Shown here: positions 51,876 through 64,000 of the stretch, one piece after another | How positions within the stretch are numbered: the first letter of the stretch is position 1 | Layout: the number at the start of each line of letters is the position of its first letter | Origin: Octopus bimaculoides | Lineage: Eukaryota | Direction of reading: 5' to 3' | DNA: 64,000 bases | Assembly: GCF_001194135.2 (NCBI RefSeq) | Contig: NC_069003.1 | Coordinates: 19,197,554 to 19,261,553 of the forward strand | The notes under the pieces: model-generated | Databases searched by the model: none | Told to the model about the DNA's origin: nothing | Seen by the model: only the letters and a program-made list of their open reading frames with translations | Made by a program: the position numbers and the translations under genes

Positions 51876-52343
51876 ATATGCATGATTAATTCAAAATGAT
51901 ATGAACAAATAAACGTTACACATGACAGAGTAATCTGAATTCCAAAGGGTTAACTCAATAATTTGACTGGTTATATATTTTATAAACTTCCCACTTCTCC
52001 ACCAGAAACATAAAAGGAAAGGTTGACCTTGATAGGAATTGAATATAGAACACAAAGATGTGTGAGTAAATACCAAAGGGCATGCTGGCCAATGCTCTAA
52101 TGATTCTATCAATCAGGTACTGAAGCTAATAAAAGAAGATTAAGACTGTCTGGAAAGTCTTACAAAATTCTTAATTAGCTTGTTAGAGTCCGTCAAGTAA
52201 CAATTTTTCTCCTCTTTTATTTCCTTTTCTTTAAGCACTTGAAATAGAAAAATCTAATTAAAAGCCTGTCATTAGTGATGCATAGAACATTGGAACGATG
52301 TAGAAAAAAAATTACAAGATGAAAAAGTTTTAATCAAAAATAC

Positions 52344-52438
52344 CTTAATAAGACCACTTTTAGTACAGGTTGTGTTAACCCTTTAATGATAGCTGAAGCG
52401 TTTAAGTGACTCCTGCCATAGAGAACTTGTCCATTCAC
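52344..52438 (-). CDS. MPDZ: MPDZ/PATJ-family multi-PDZ protein, first exon in window (C-terminal part of PDZ8-equivalent): VNGQVLYGRSHLNASAIIKGLTQPVLKVVLL(R)
   Basis: Acceptor tttttgcag, donor AAG|gtattt; 95 nt, phase 0 to 2. Matches recalled human MPDZ INGQILYGRSHQNASSIIK. Confidence 0.93.
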
Positions 52439-53075
52439 CTGCAAAAAGAGAAAATAAATTAAATAAATAAGAAAACAACATACAATGACAATATAATCGA
52501 TAAGTGTCAATGTTTATTAATTAGTTTGGAAACAATATTATTGATTGAGACTAAATCTTTTCCAAATTTTGCACATGACTCCAGAATCATTCTAAAATAA
52601 TGCATGAAGAAAAATATCCATAGTTTGAGGTTCCCCAAGAGTACAACTGGGAGGGTTCAAGAAAAGAGATGTTGAATGACTACAGTTGTAATGGAGTGGT
52701 AGTGGAGTAGAGGTGTTAGGGTGAAATATAGAAACATCAGTCTATGATGCCAATGCCTCTGTTTTCCTTTCTCTTAATTTTCTCTAAGTTCTCTCTTTCT
52801 CTTTATTTATCCAGCTCTCTTTTTTCTCACTGTCTCACTTTCACACATTCTTCCTGTCTGTCTCTCTCACTCACAACAAACACATTTACTCACTCAACTC
52901 TCTTAGACAACAAAGTATAGACAAATATAATTTTTTTTCACTCTTTGTTAATCAAAATTTAACGTTGCTAATGTGTGAAATACAATGTGATTGTGTGTTT
53001 GTCTTTCTTTGTGTATGTGGGTGTGTGTAGATACTCACACACACAAACATATGGATGTGTATATGTGTGTGTGTA

Positions 53076-53220
53076 CACAGGGTGCGGTGAATAAACTGCC
53101 GTCTAAATTACACAAAAATGAAAATAACACTGACATCTCATTTTAACAGATATGCTTACCAAAATTACATAAAAATATCTTGAAATACTGAAGTGTAAAT
53201 TTATTCAATGCAAGGGTATT
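53076..53220 (+). mobile_element. Possible Tc1/mariner terminal sequence
   Basis: ACAGGGTGCGGTGAATAAACTGCCGTCTAAATTAC after a TA/TG tract; no partner TIR found. Confidence 0.3.
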
Positions 53221-53519
53221 ATGCTCATACGATAAAGGTAATGAACAAAGATAAACAAGAGTTTATCAGGAATCAAATTAAAATCAGGCAGGAAATGGAG
53301 GAATCTTGATCAACTAACATTGACTATTATTGACAAACATCAATTATTACTTTTTAATACAAAACTTTATCCCATCTAACAGCCGTTTCTGCTTCCAATG
53401 TCCTACAGTGTTGCCATTGAAAATTCTGAGAATAATGTTTGTCATATTTTCTAACACATCCGATCTGGAACATAGAGCTTCATCAGAGTGAAGAAAAATA
53501 CATAAAAGAAAAGAAAAGA

Positions 53520-55500
53520 GGAAGAGCCCCGAGAAGAGGAATGAAGGCTTAATATATTTAAATCATACCATTTTGCAGTGTAACGTTTCAGAACGTTGAG
53601 TAAATGACTTAACTTGAAATATTAATTAGTAGGTTAATCTATCTTTAGGGGTAACAGGGTGTATAAATAATAAAAAATGTAAAATAAATACTTTACCATA
53701 ACAGGATACGCCAATAAGTCTAGGAAAAGGGGGATTGATAGTGCCATAACTTTTAGAAGTAACCATAATTAGTTCTTAAGATTATGTTAATAATACTAAT
53801 TAATATTTTATACAAATGAAATGCCCATCAATTAATTAAATTTATTTACTTACTAATATATTGTAAAGACCAAACATCTATTGTCTGTAACCAAAGTCCA
53901 GCTCTCAATATAATTGATCAGTTAAATTTAAAAACAAAGGGCAAGCTATTAAGACCATTATATGGGTGGATGTTAATAAAAAGTAAAAGTATGGAAAATT
54001 AATATACATTATAAGTGGCCCAAGACCGCTTGGGACATTATAAATAAAACAACCAAATATATAAACAAGCACCATACGAAGGAAAGAACATTGACCACAG
54101 AGTCATTAAAACCTAGAGAGGTCCCTATTTGGACCATTTTGGGTTAAGGCAGTTGGGGGGGGGGAAGATTGGACAAAAGCTATAAATTAGGAGTGAAAGG
54201 TTAGTAGATAAAGAAAGGAAGTTAATTAGCAGGGAAGGGATTAGGGAGGGGGTAAAAGTGGAACTACAGTTAAGGGTAGATTATCGTTAAGGGGAGGTAA
54301 GGGCTAGGGCAGTGACCTTCCATTAGAGAAATATAATATTAAGTCTATCTTCTGAAATAACAACCACAGTACTCAAGTGGTGGTCTTACTAAACAAACAG
54401 TAATTGTCTAAACATTCCTAAAGACATTCATCCTAATGGTCCCATGAAAAGGTGCAAGTACAAATCCCCAAATTAACTAAATGATTACAATGATGCTAAT
54501 TACTATTATAGTTACAGATACAGGGTCCTACTACAGTTTGCTCAATCATACTTAATATATATTATTATTATTATATTGTTAATATTACTAACCTTGTTGA
54601 TATATCAACCCTTGCTTGGGTGCATACATATGGGGCCTACCGCAAATTACACTTCCATTCATACAAAAATATGCCTAAGGGCAATAATAGTTCAGAGGAA
54701 AGCACCTACTGCAGTACAAAGTACAAACAAATACAATCTAAAGAGGTGTGAAGTTAATATTAAGTTGTTAAATTATGTTATACGGGGTGGAGGGTTCTGA
54801 AATGTGTAAATCTAATGGGGTGGGGGTCATCAATAAATGGAAGTAGACCCGTATTCTGACTTAAAATTAGGCCCAGTATGAAATTAAGTTAAGTTAAACA
54901 AGCTAACACATGGGGTAGAAAGTAAAGTTAGTTGCAAATAAAGCCATTGCTGAGGTGGCAGGTACAGGCTCACTTAGGGGTGATGGTGGTAATTGTAGGA
55001 GATTGGATACTTATGCCCTATGTATTCTAAATTAGGTTCATAGCTGAAAGGACTGGTATTATTAAAGGGGGTGAGAAGGTTATATTAAGGAGAGAGAGAG
55101 TAATAAATATATTATGTAATTTAGTTATGTGTGGGAGGTGGGATTTAAACTTGGATATGTTGGTATAGGGATATTAATCCTGGATGACGTATAAGAGACC
55201 TAAGTGTGTAAAACTATAAAACTAGCTTTAATTAGAAGTTAATCCATGCCATCATGGAGGAAGCAGGTTAAGGAGGGGGTTGACTCTTTTGAGCATGAAT
55301 ATTTTAAGCGTGCTGCTCAAAAGTCCACTGCTGGTGTAGTGAATGGGGAAAGCTTCATCTGCAATGTTTGCAGTTATGTATGCTTGTCAAGAGCAGAGCC
55401 CATTAGCCACCAATGAAGCCACAAATGTAAAATATAAGTTAGTCCTAGAGCGCACTATGTTCCTGAGGGTCAGCAATGGTCTTCCTTGGTCATGAGTGAA
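53520..55500 (-). mobile_element. Probable highly decayed LINE (CR1/L2/Jockey-type RT region)
   Basis: LVRPPLEYC at 54392-54366 (cf. LVRPHLEYC), LGI...SWDH just upstream, strong strand skew. No long ORF. Confidence 0.4.
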
Positions 55501-55599
55501 TGGCCATTATATATATATATATATTCATTTTTCTTTCTTTCTCTTCTTTCTTCCCTTCTTCTATTACTTATTTTTCCCCTCATTTATATATTCGTCGTA

Positions 55600-56390
55600 T
55601 ACTATGCCCACCACACATTCTGATTGAATCTTTGTGTCAACATGCACCTCCTTACAACAATGTAGCCTTTAATCTAATCAAGATACCTTTGGCCTGAAGA
55701 GTAGCCAGCAGTATACACCTCACTTGGATTTTATCACATCTGAGGTTCCACTCACTATGAAACATGTAGCCCAGATTTCCCATACTCCATTCTGTAACTC
55801 TTGTACATATACTGTGAATGCCTTGCTTCCCTGGGAATAGATACATTGAAGCTCTGATGTCTGACAACTGACTTAGTAAACTCCCACAAAATTATTAACC
55901 ATCTCTGTCCCTGGATCTGAATGAGTGCATATCCATATAGTGCTAAGTAATGCCATTGGATGGTGTAAAGGTGGCTCTGTATACTATGGCCCTTGAAAGA
56001 CAAGATCCTTCAAGAGGGCACAACAACCACCTTGAGCACCTTTTTGAGCTCCATGTGTTTAACACACGTGGGCATTCTTACAAACAGCACAGCTCCCACG
56101 ACTTTCAGAAAAAGTTTTTCATACTCAGAGTTGCTGAAGCATGGAACAAACTACCTGCATCAGTTGTAAGTTGCCGAGACATTGCATCCTTTAAAACCTC
56201 CATGCTTCTTGAAATTCACCAACACTACACCTGATATCCTCCCCTCCATACGCATGCAGACATGTATATCATGGCTCATACACTGTTCACTTTCCTGACT
56301 TTCGTACATAATTCTATCAACTGTATGTGCACCTTTGATGAGTTGTAGTGCACCCAAGCACTATATACAATAATTTCATTATTATTATAC
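55600..56390 (+). mobile_element. CR1/L2-like LINE 3' fragment
   Basis: Y.E.LASLGIDTLKL*..TDLV..HKII and NTRGHSYK...FFILRVAEAWNKLPASVV...SFK; UTR and (ATT) tail near 56380. Confidence 0.8.
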
Positions 56391-56850
56391 ATATACATGT
56401 ATTGCGAGCTGGAGTGAACTACTGCTATGTTTAGTGGATGAGTATCCATCACCAAGGAGGATCATAAGAAGGTCGAAACAGTATGACCTGATGGTCTCAG
56501 GGATAAAATAGTAGGGAGTTCCCTCCTCACTTGCAATATATATTGAGTGCAGAGTGCACTGCCATAACCAGCTGGAGGAGGTGTCCTCCAGGAGTTAAAA
56601 TAACAGTATCATCACTTCCTAGGGAAGAGCAGTGTTTAAGTGGCATTAAACACTACTTGTTAGTATGAATACTTCTTTCATCTCTTAGAGATTTTCTTGA
56701 CTATATATATATATATCCCCACACATGTATACACACTTACAGACATACATAGTGAAGAATATATGGTATAAAATAAATTATGAGTTTTATATAGATATAT
56801 GGAGAGAGAGAGAGGGGGGAGGGAGAGGGAGGGAGAGAGAGGGAGAGAGG

Positions 56851-56891
<41 letters not shown>

Positions 56892-58104
56892 AGCATCAAT
56901 ATGTCTACGTATGAAGTAACAATGAAATAGAGAGACAAAGTTTAGTGCTTGAGACTTCATCTCTCCAGAATGATCACCATTGGAAAAGATTAAAGAATTA
57001 ATCTGTTCTTTTCCTCTAAGAACAGAATCAAATTCTTACTGTTGCAGAGAAACAAATGTAAAAAAAAAATGAGGTTTTGAAGAGAAACAGAAAAAAAAAC
57101 AAAATGTAACAAAAGCAAAAAAAAAAAAAAAAAACCTCCAAAAAGACCAGCATTTTATTTCTACTTGCCAGACAAGATAGAAGAGAGAGAGAATGAAAGA
57201 AAGAAAGGGGAGAAGGTAAGAAAAGAAGAAACTGAGGGAAGAAAAAAGCATAGCAAAGGATTGTTTGTTAATGCTGTTTTGTTGATGGTGGTGGCTGTGG
57301 TAGGTGTTGCTTTAGTGGTGGTGGTTGTGATGGTGATGACAGTTGTTGTTGTAGTTGTGGTGGTGGTGATGGCTGTGATTGTTGCGTGGGAGGTTGCTGT
57401 TGGGGTGGTTATTGTAGTTGTGGTGGTGGTAGTGTGTAATATATTCTTTGAAACATTCTCACAATATCAATAGTTCTGGATGTGTGTGTGTGTGTGTGTG
57501 TGTGCATTATATGTATGTGCGTGCGTTATATGTGTGTGCATCATTGTATAACTTCAAATAAGTTATTTCCTTATGCATTGATAACACACACACAAATACA
57601 CATGGGATGCACAAATATGCATGTGTTTGTGCATACACATGCACAGATAGATGTCTTTATAAATCAGGACAAACATATCTGTTGAGATACAAATATGTAA
57701 GCATATACAGACTTGTATACTCAAATACATATATGCATACACAACTATACACACATACACACACAGACATATCTACATACACTCACATATATGAAATGTG
57801 TATGTGCATATATATATGTACACACACCCACATAGACACATACGCAATTAGACATACATAGACAATTATAAAGCAATCACACATGTAGATAATGCTTTTT
57901 CATTGAGTACATTGATAACATACATATATACATTCACATATGCAGACATGTACACAAACACGCACATACAAACATTCACCACTCACCCACTCATTTACCC
58001 ACAGAATGATAGACAAATGCTTGCCTTTACAAATACCAGAATTACAAAAGAGTTGAATGGCTCCTCAGAACATCACCTATGAAATAAGCCAGAAAGACAA
58101 GAGA

Positions 58105-58145
<41 letters not shown>

Positions 58146-58626
58146 GTATCTATATGTAGATGTATGTGGGTGGGTTGGTGGGGTTGTAGGTATAGGAGTG
58201 CAGTCTAACAGAGGTGCTTCCTTCTGCCTGGTAGAAGAAATTATTGATAAACAAAATACAGTGAGATCAAATAGCAGAACTGATCTGTTCTCCCCCTCCA
58301 CTGCTTCTCTCTCACACACATACAACCCCAAAAATTCAGGAATGACAACAATAGGTAGTAAGTAATCAAGTAATAACAGTTTCATCATCACCATCATCAT
58401 AACTAAAAAGACTGTAAAAAAGGCAAGAACAAAACAATAACAAATTCATCATCATCATTGCTTATATAAAAATCACTAAAAACTAAAAAGAAATTCCATA
58501 AACAAGACCAAACTGCAAACATAAATAAAACAGAAAAAAAAATGCTTATCACCACAACCAACATCATCACCATCAATATCATTACTACCACTGTAACATC
58601 AACTTCACCACCACTACTGAAACTAC

Positions 58627-58706
58627 CAACATCAACACTACTACCACTGCCACCACCACTACAACATCAACACTACTACCACTGCCACCACCACTACAAC
58701 ATCAAC
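58627..58706. repeat. Tandem repeat about 2.3 x 35 bp
   Basis: CAACATCAACACTACTACCACTGCCACCACCACTA starting at 58627, 58662 and 58697. Confidence 0.85.
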
Positions 58707-58799
58707 AGCTCAACTAAACAACGATAAAAATCAAAGGAATATGAACTACCTTCTAGACAGACTTTTAATTATCAAATGTCTATTAACAATATACACATA

Positions 58800-59058
58800 A
58801 CTTACTATATATATACATACATATATATATATACATATATATATATATACATATATATACTTATATATATACATATATATATATATATACATATATATAC
58901 TTATATATATACATATTTATATACATATATATACTTATATATATACATATATATACATATATATATATATACATACATACATATATAAACATAGATAGAT
59001 ATATATACATACATATATATATATACATATATATATACATATATATATATATACATGC

Positions 59059-59095
<37 letters not shown>

Positions 59096-59152
59096 CATAT
59101 ATATATACATATATATACATATATATATACATATATATACTTATATATATAC

Positions 59153-59185
<33 letters not shown>

Positions 59186-59624
59186 CATACATACATATAT
59201 AAACATAGATAGATAGATATNNNNNNNNNNNNNNNNNNNNNNNNNNNNNNNNNNNNNNNNNNNNNNNNNNNNNNNNNNNNNNNNNNNNNNNNNNNNNNNN
59301 NNNNNNNNNNNNNNNNNNNNNNNNNNNNNNNNNNNNNNNNNNNNNNNNNNNNNNNNNNNNNNNNNNNNNNNNNNNNNNNNNNNNNNNNNNNNNNNNNNNN
59401 NNNNNNNNNNNNNNNNNNNNNNNNNNNNNNNNNNNNNNNNNNNNNNNNNNNNNNNNNNNNNNNNNNNNNNNNNNNNNNNNNNNNNNNNNNNNNNNNNNNN
59501 NNNNNNNNNNNNNNNNNNNNNNNNNNNNNNNNNNNNNNNNNNNNNNNNNNNNNNNNNNNNNNNNNNNNNNNNNNNNNNNNNNNNNNNNNNNNNNNNNNNN
59601 NNNNNNNNNNNNNNNNNNNNNNNN

Positions 59625-59668
<44 letters not shown>
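58800..59668. repeat. Long compound (TA/CA) microsatellite spanning an assembly gap
   Basis: ATATATAC-type array with higher-order repeats; N-run 59221-59624. Confidence 0.9.
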
Positions 59669-59670
<2 letters not shown>

Positions 59671-60523
59671 CATACATGTAAAGAAAAGGGGAAAATAATT
59701 ACCAGAGAGTAAAGAAGAGGATTTAGTGATAAACATTGTTACCATATTAAAAAACAATAACCACAAATACCATAGAACTGCTATAGGTAAACACTATTAT
59801 TGAAACAAGAACTACCATCATCATCACTATCATTTGATGTCTGTCTTTCGTACTGATATGGGTTAGACACTTTGACAAGATCCAATGGCTCAGAGGACTG
59901 CATCAAGCTCCAATGTATGTTTAGGTATGGTTTTTACAGCTGGATGCCCTTCCTGATATTAGTCACTTTAAATGTTAATTCACACAAGGTGCCACGTAAA
60001 TAGCATTCGTGTGAGTGCTAGTACCACATAAAAAGCACCCAGTACACTCTGTAAAGTAGTTGGGCAAGTGTCTACCATACAAACTTGTATTTCATGTTCC
60101 ACCTCACCTCATATAATTTTTTCTATGTAAATGCCTACACTTTTTCATCCATCATTTTAACAAATTCATCATCCATTACCCTGGTGGCAAATTAAGGAAA
60201 TCATTGTCATCATCATCGTGTTCGAATCCCCCACTCCTTTAAAATTGCTGTCCTTGTGCCAAAATTAGAAAGAATTATTATTACCTTTAAGACAGAATAT
60301 TGCTAAAATCATTCAAGCTTTGTGGCATTTGTGTATCAAATCCCTCATAAGACTTTGGTCAGATAGGGCTATAGCAGAAGACATTTGCTCAAGGTACCAC
60401 ACAATAGGACTTCTTGACCATATAGTAATGTGTGTGTGCATGTGTGTGTATAAAGATCCCCTTCAATCACAAATGACCATGAGATTGTACCAATTAAAAT
60501 GATTATTACAACTGCTAACTCTG

Positions 60524-60587
<64 letters not shown>

Positions 60588-60619
60588 GGAGCTGAATCTT
60601 TTAATCACACAGCGTATAC

Positions 60620-60800
60620 CTGCACATCAAGAAAAAAGATCACAATTGGAACACCTTTTGCTGATAAGTCTGCTCAATCAAACAAATGAATTCTTTCTGA
60701 AGACAAAACAGAGAAACTTCTATAGAAGGTACTCCCAAACTCGTGAAAAAGTTGCCATATAATGTGGAGAATTTAAAAAGGCTCCCAAAGTGATTTGTGC
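60620..60800 (+). mobile_element. mariner transposase C-terminal relic
   Basis: NEFFLKTKQRNFYRR then frameshifted PKLVKK; cf. mariner EFF.SK...FYRRGI.KL..RW. Confidence 0.4.
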
Positions 60801-61524
60801 TTCAACAACATATGTTCTAAAAATATTTTTCGTTTTCTTTTTAATATTTGGTACAAGGCCAGAAATTCTGTAGGGAAGGGAAATTGATTGCATTGATCCC
60901 AGTGTTCAACTGGTACTTATTTTATTGATCCTGAGGCATATAAACTCAGAATATAAAGATCTGGAAAAATGCTGCTAAGCATTTTTTTTTTCTGGTGCAG
61001 TAACAATTCTGCCAGCATGTTGCTTTGCCAGTTCTTTAATAAAGTTGATGGATGATTCAGACATTTTTGTTGTAAAAATCCTTGTGACTGACATAAAATT
61101 AAAAACTGGCATTTTTCTTAGAGTGCACATTAAAAAAAAAAGGGTGAAAAATATATCTTATGAAATATATAATGTTTTTGAGAATAATATGTCAAAACTC
61201 AAGACTAGAATCCTGGCAAAAATATTTCTGTTATTTGAAAGTTTCTTGAAAATTTTAAGGAAAAAAAAGAAAGTTAACTACAAAATCACTGCACAGAGTT
61301 ATTTTAAATATATATATGTGGGTGTGAGTGTGTGTGTGTAAGTAAGGATAGTATTCCTTGACATATACATATGGTATGCCTTGTTGCAGTACACTTTACT
61401 AGATATTTTCAACTCTATGTCCAGATTAACATTTCACTCTTCTTCCCATAGTGTGTTATAACCGTATTATTCAAATAACAATAGGCTATATTGCTATTAA
61501 TTTTCTGTCTGTCTGTCTCTCTCG

Positions 61525-61562
<38 letters not shown>

Positions 61563-62049
61563 ACATGATTGACAGTTTTTATTAAATTGGATGCAAGAGT
61601 GTGAAAAATGAACTTTTTTATATTTTTGTTTTGACTACTTTCCAGAAATCTGTAACAAGCAACTACTGCAAAGAGCAAGGTGAAGGTATCTGTTGAGACT
61701 AAGGATTAATAGGTCAACAGATGAAACATATTGGAGCCAATAGCAGACTGCAATTAATGGTTGGTTGCTTGGTATTTAAAACTATATAAAAAAAGAAAAA
61801 AACTTATATATGGTAGATTTGTTTACTATCAATTTCACATAAAATTCTTGGCCCTGTGCCTAAATTAAGAACGTCATCATTATTTAATATCAGTCTTCCT
61901 TGTTAGCAGGGACTGGGCAGTTTAACAGGATCTGACAAGCTTTAGGACTGCATTAAGCTCAAATGTGTATTTTGGAATGGTTTCTATGGATGAATGCCCT
62001 AACTAATGGCAACAGCATTATTATTATTATTATTATTATTATCATTATT

Positions 62050-63500
62050 ATGTTCTGAGTTTAAACTCCACTGGGGTCAACTTTGCCTTTAATCCTTTCA
62101 GGGTTGATACATTAAGTACCAGTGAAACATTGGGGTTGATGTAATCGACTAGCCCCTCTCCCAAAATTTCAGACCTTGTGTCTTTAATAGAAAAGATTAT
62201 TATTATTATTATTATTATTATTAAGGTAGCAAGCTGGCAGAATCATTAGCACACTAGATGAAATGCATTGTGGCACTTCATCTGTCGGCATGTTCTGAGT
62301 TCAAATTCCTCTAAGGTCAACTTTACCTTTTATCCTTTCTGGGTCGATAAACTAAGTACCAGTGAAACACTGGAATCAATGTAATCAACTGGTTCCCTCC
62401 CCACAAATTTCAGGCCTTGTGTCTATGGTAGAAAGAATTATTATTATTACTATTTTACAAAAGTATGGGAGTGGTTGTGGGCCAAGAAGTGTACTTCATA
62501 ACCAGGTAGTTCTAGGTTCAATCTCATTGCACAGCACTTTGGGTTAGTGACTTCTACTACAGTTCCAGGCCAACTTAGATCTTGTGTGTGTAATAAGGTA
62601 GCAAGCTGGCAGAATCGTTAGCACACTAGGCGAAATGCTTTGTGGCACTTCGTCTGTCTGCCTGTTCTGAGTTCAAATTCCTCTGAGGTCAACTTTGCCT
62701 TTCATCCTTTCTGGGTCGATAAACTAAGTACCAGTGAAACACTGGAGTCGCTGTAAAATAGTATCAACATGTGTGTAATAATAATAATCAGAAAACTGTG
62801 GCATCTCAAGGTGGTTACAATACCAGTGATTGTAGAACTTGGAATGACCAAAAAAGAACTGAAAATTATTTGAGAATGATTACTACTCATGTAAAAATGT
62901 TTCCTTTTCTTTTTCGTTTGCATAGATTCATTTGATTTTGTAAATGAACAATCTAGCATGTTTAATTTAATGGCTTAACAATGTATACAGTGAGTTTCTT
63001 TGCCCTAGGTGTTGGGAAGACACTCAGCAAGAAATGAAAACAAAACTGTGAAAAGAAGAAAAGCTCATAATAATAATAATGGTTTTTTTCAGGGAAAGGA
63101 GTAAATCAATTACGTTGAACCCAGTACTCAACTGGTACTTATTTAATCAATCCCAAAAGGATGAAAGGAAAAGCTGACCACAGCAGTATTTGAACTCAGA
63201 ACGTAAAGATGGATGAAATACTACTAAGCATTCTGCCTGGCATGCTAATGATTTTGCCAGGTTGCCACCTTACTAATAATAACCCTTTCTACTATAGGCA
63301 CAAGGACTGAAATTTTGGGGGAGGGAACCAGTCGATTACATCAACACCAGTCCATAACAGGTATTTAATTTATTGACCTCTGAAAGGATGAAAGGCCAAG
63401 TTTGACCCCAGCAGCATTTGAACTCAGAATGTGAAGACAGATGAAATACTGCTAAACATTTCACCTGGCATGCTATCAATTCTGCCAGCTCACCGCCTTT
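62050..63500. mobile_element. Family A SINE cluster: three plus copies (62050-62755) followed by two minus copies (63080-63500)
   Basis: Repeated core motifs in both orientations. Confidence 0.75.
62790..62895 (+). mobile_element. R4/Dong-like non-LTR retrotransposon C-terminal relic
   Basis: IRKLWHLKVVTIPVIV.LGMTKK, resembling the restriction-like endonuclease C-terminus (W.MK.V.IPVIVGALG). Confidence 0.45.
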
Positions 63501-64000
63501 ACCTTACTACTACTAATGATAATGATTATGATAGACTCTCTTGTTGAAGGTGACATAGAGGTGTTCAGCTTTTGCTGAACGATCTGCACAAATGATTTGT
63601 TTATAGTGATGAAATGTATGTGTTGAACATCAGCTCACTCTCTCCATCAAATCAACATTGTCTGAACAGAGGCACTGTGTACCATGTGTCAGGTGTCAAA
63701 GTGATTGCAGGGCAATGTGAAATGAAGTGTTTTGCTCAAGAACACAATACACACCCAGTCTAGGAATTGAAATCATGTTCACTAGATTGTGAGTTCAACA
63801 CCCTTGAAGAACAGAGCACCGGGCTGAATAACAACATGGATGTGCTACACCGGGCTCCCTATACAAAAACATATCTAATCCAATAACATCGATGGAATTA
63901 GCCAAAAGAACCGGTGGAAGATTTGAAGGAAGCGGTCTTTTAACGAAGATAATTTTTTTAAGAATATTTTTATTCTTAAAAAATGAAATTTCACTGCAAT

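Noticed and set aside
53520-55500. Mitochondrial insertion (NUMT)
   Set aside because: The strand skew suggested it, but I recognised no mitochondrial gene motif, and a LINE-RT motif is present.

Overview
AT-rich animal genomic DNA with seven N-gaps, dense microsatellites and tRNA-derived SINEs. The SINE families look like those of octopus (coleoid cephalopod); this is inferred from memory, not a database hit. The window lies inside one large minus-strand gene, an MPDZ/MUPP1-PATJ family multi-PDZ scaffold. I resolved 11 GT-AG coding exons from 52438 down to 2447. They total 1309 nt, join in one open frame with matching phases, and encode the end of one PDZ domain, three complete PDZ domains (about PDZ8-11 in human MPDZ numbering) and a Ser/Gly/Lys linker. 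The gene continues beyond both window edges. The introns hold SINEs, decayed LINEs (RTE, CR1/L2-like, R4/Dong-like), DNA-transposon relics (Tc1, mariner, possibly hAT), an LTR-like insert and several long fold-back elements. The most notable find is an apparently intact minimal type-I hammerhead ribozyme at 26920-26979 on the + strand, antisense to the gene. It has a palindromic stem III of the kind described for Penelope-associated, dimer-active hammerheads. Other leads are long intronic hairpins and inverted SINE pairs next to exons (candidate ADAR substrates), two in-frame antisense exon candidates, a candidate poison exon, a NAGNAG acceptor and a signal-peptide-like mini-exon. Transposon boundaries are approximate.
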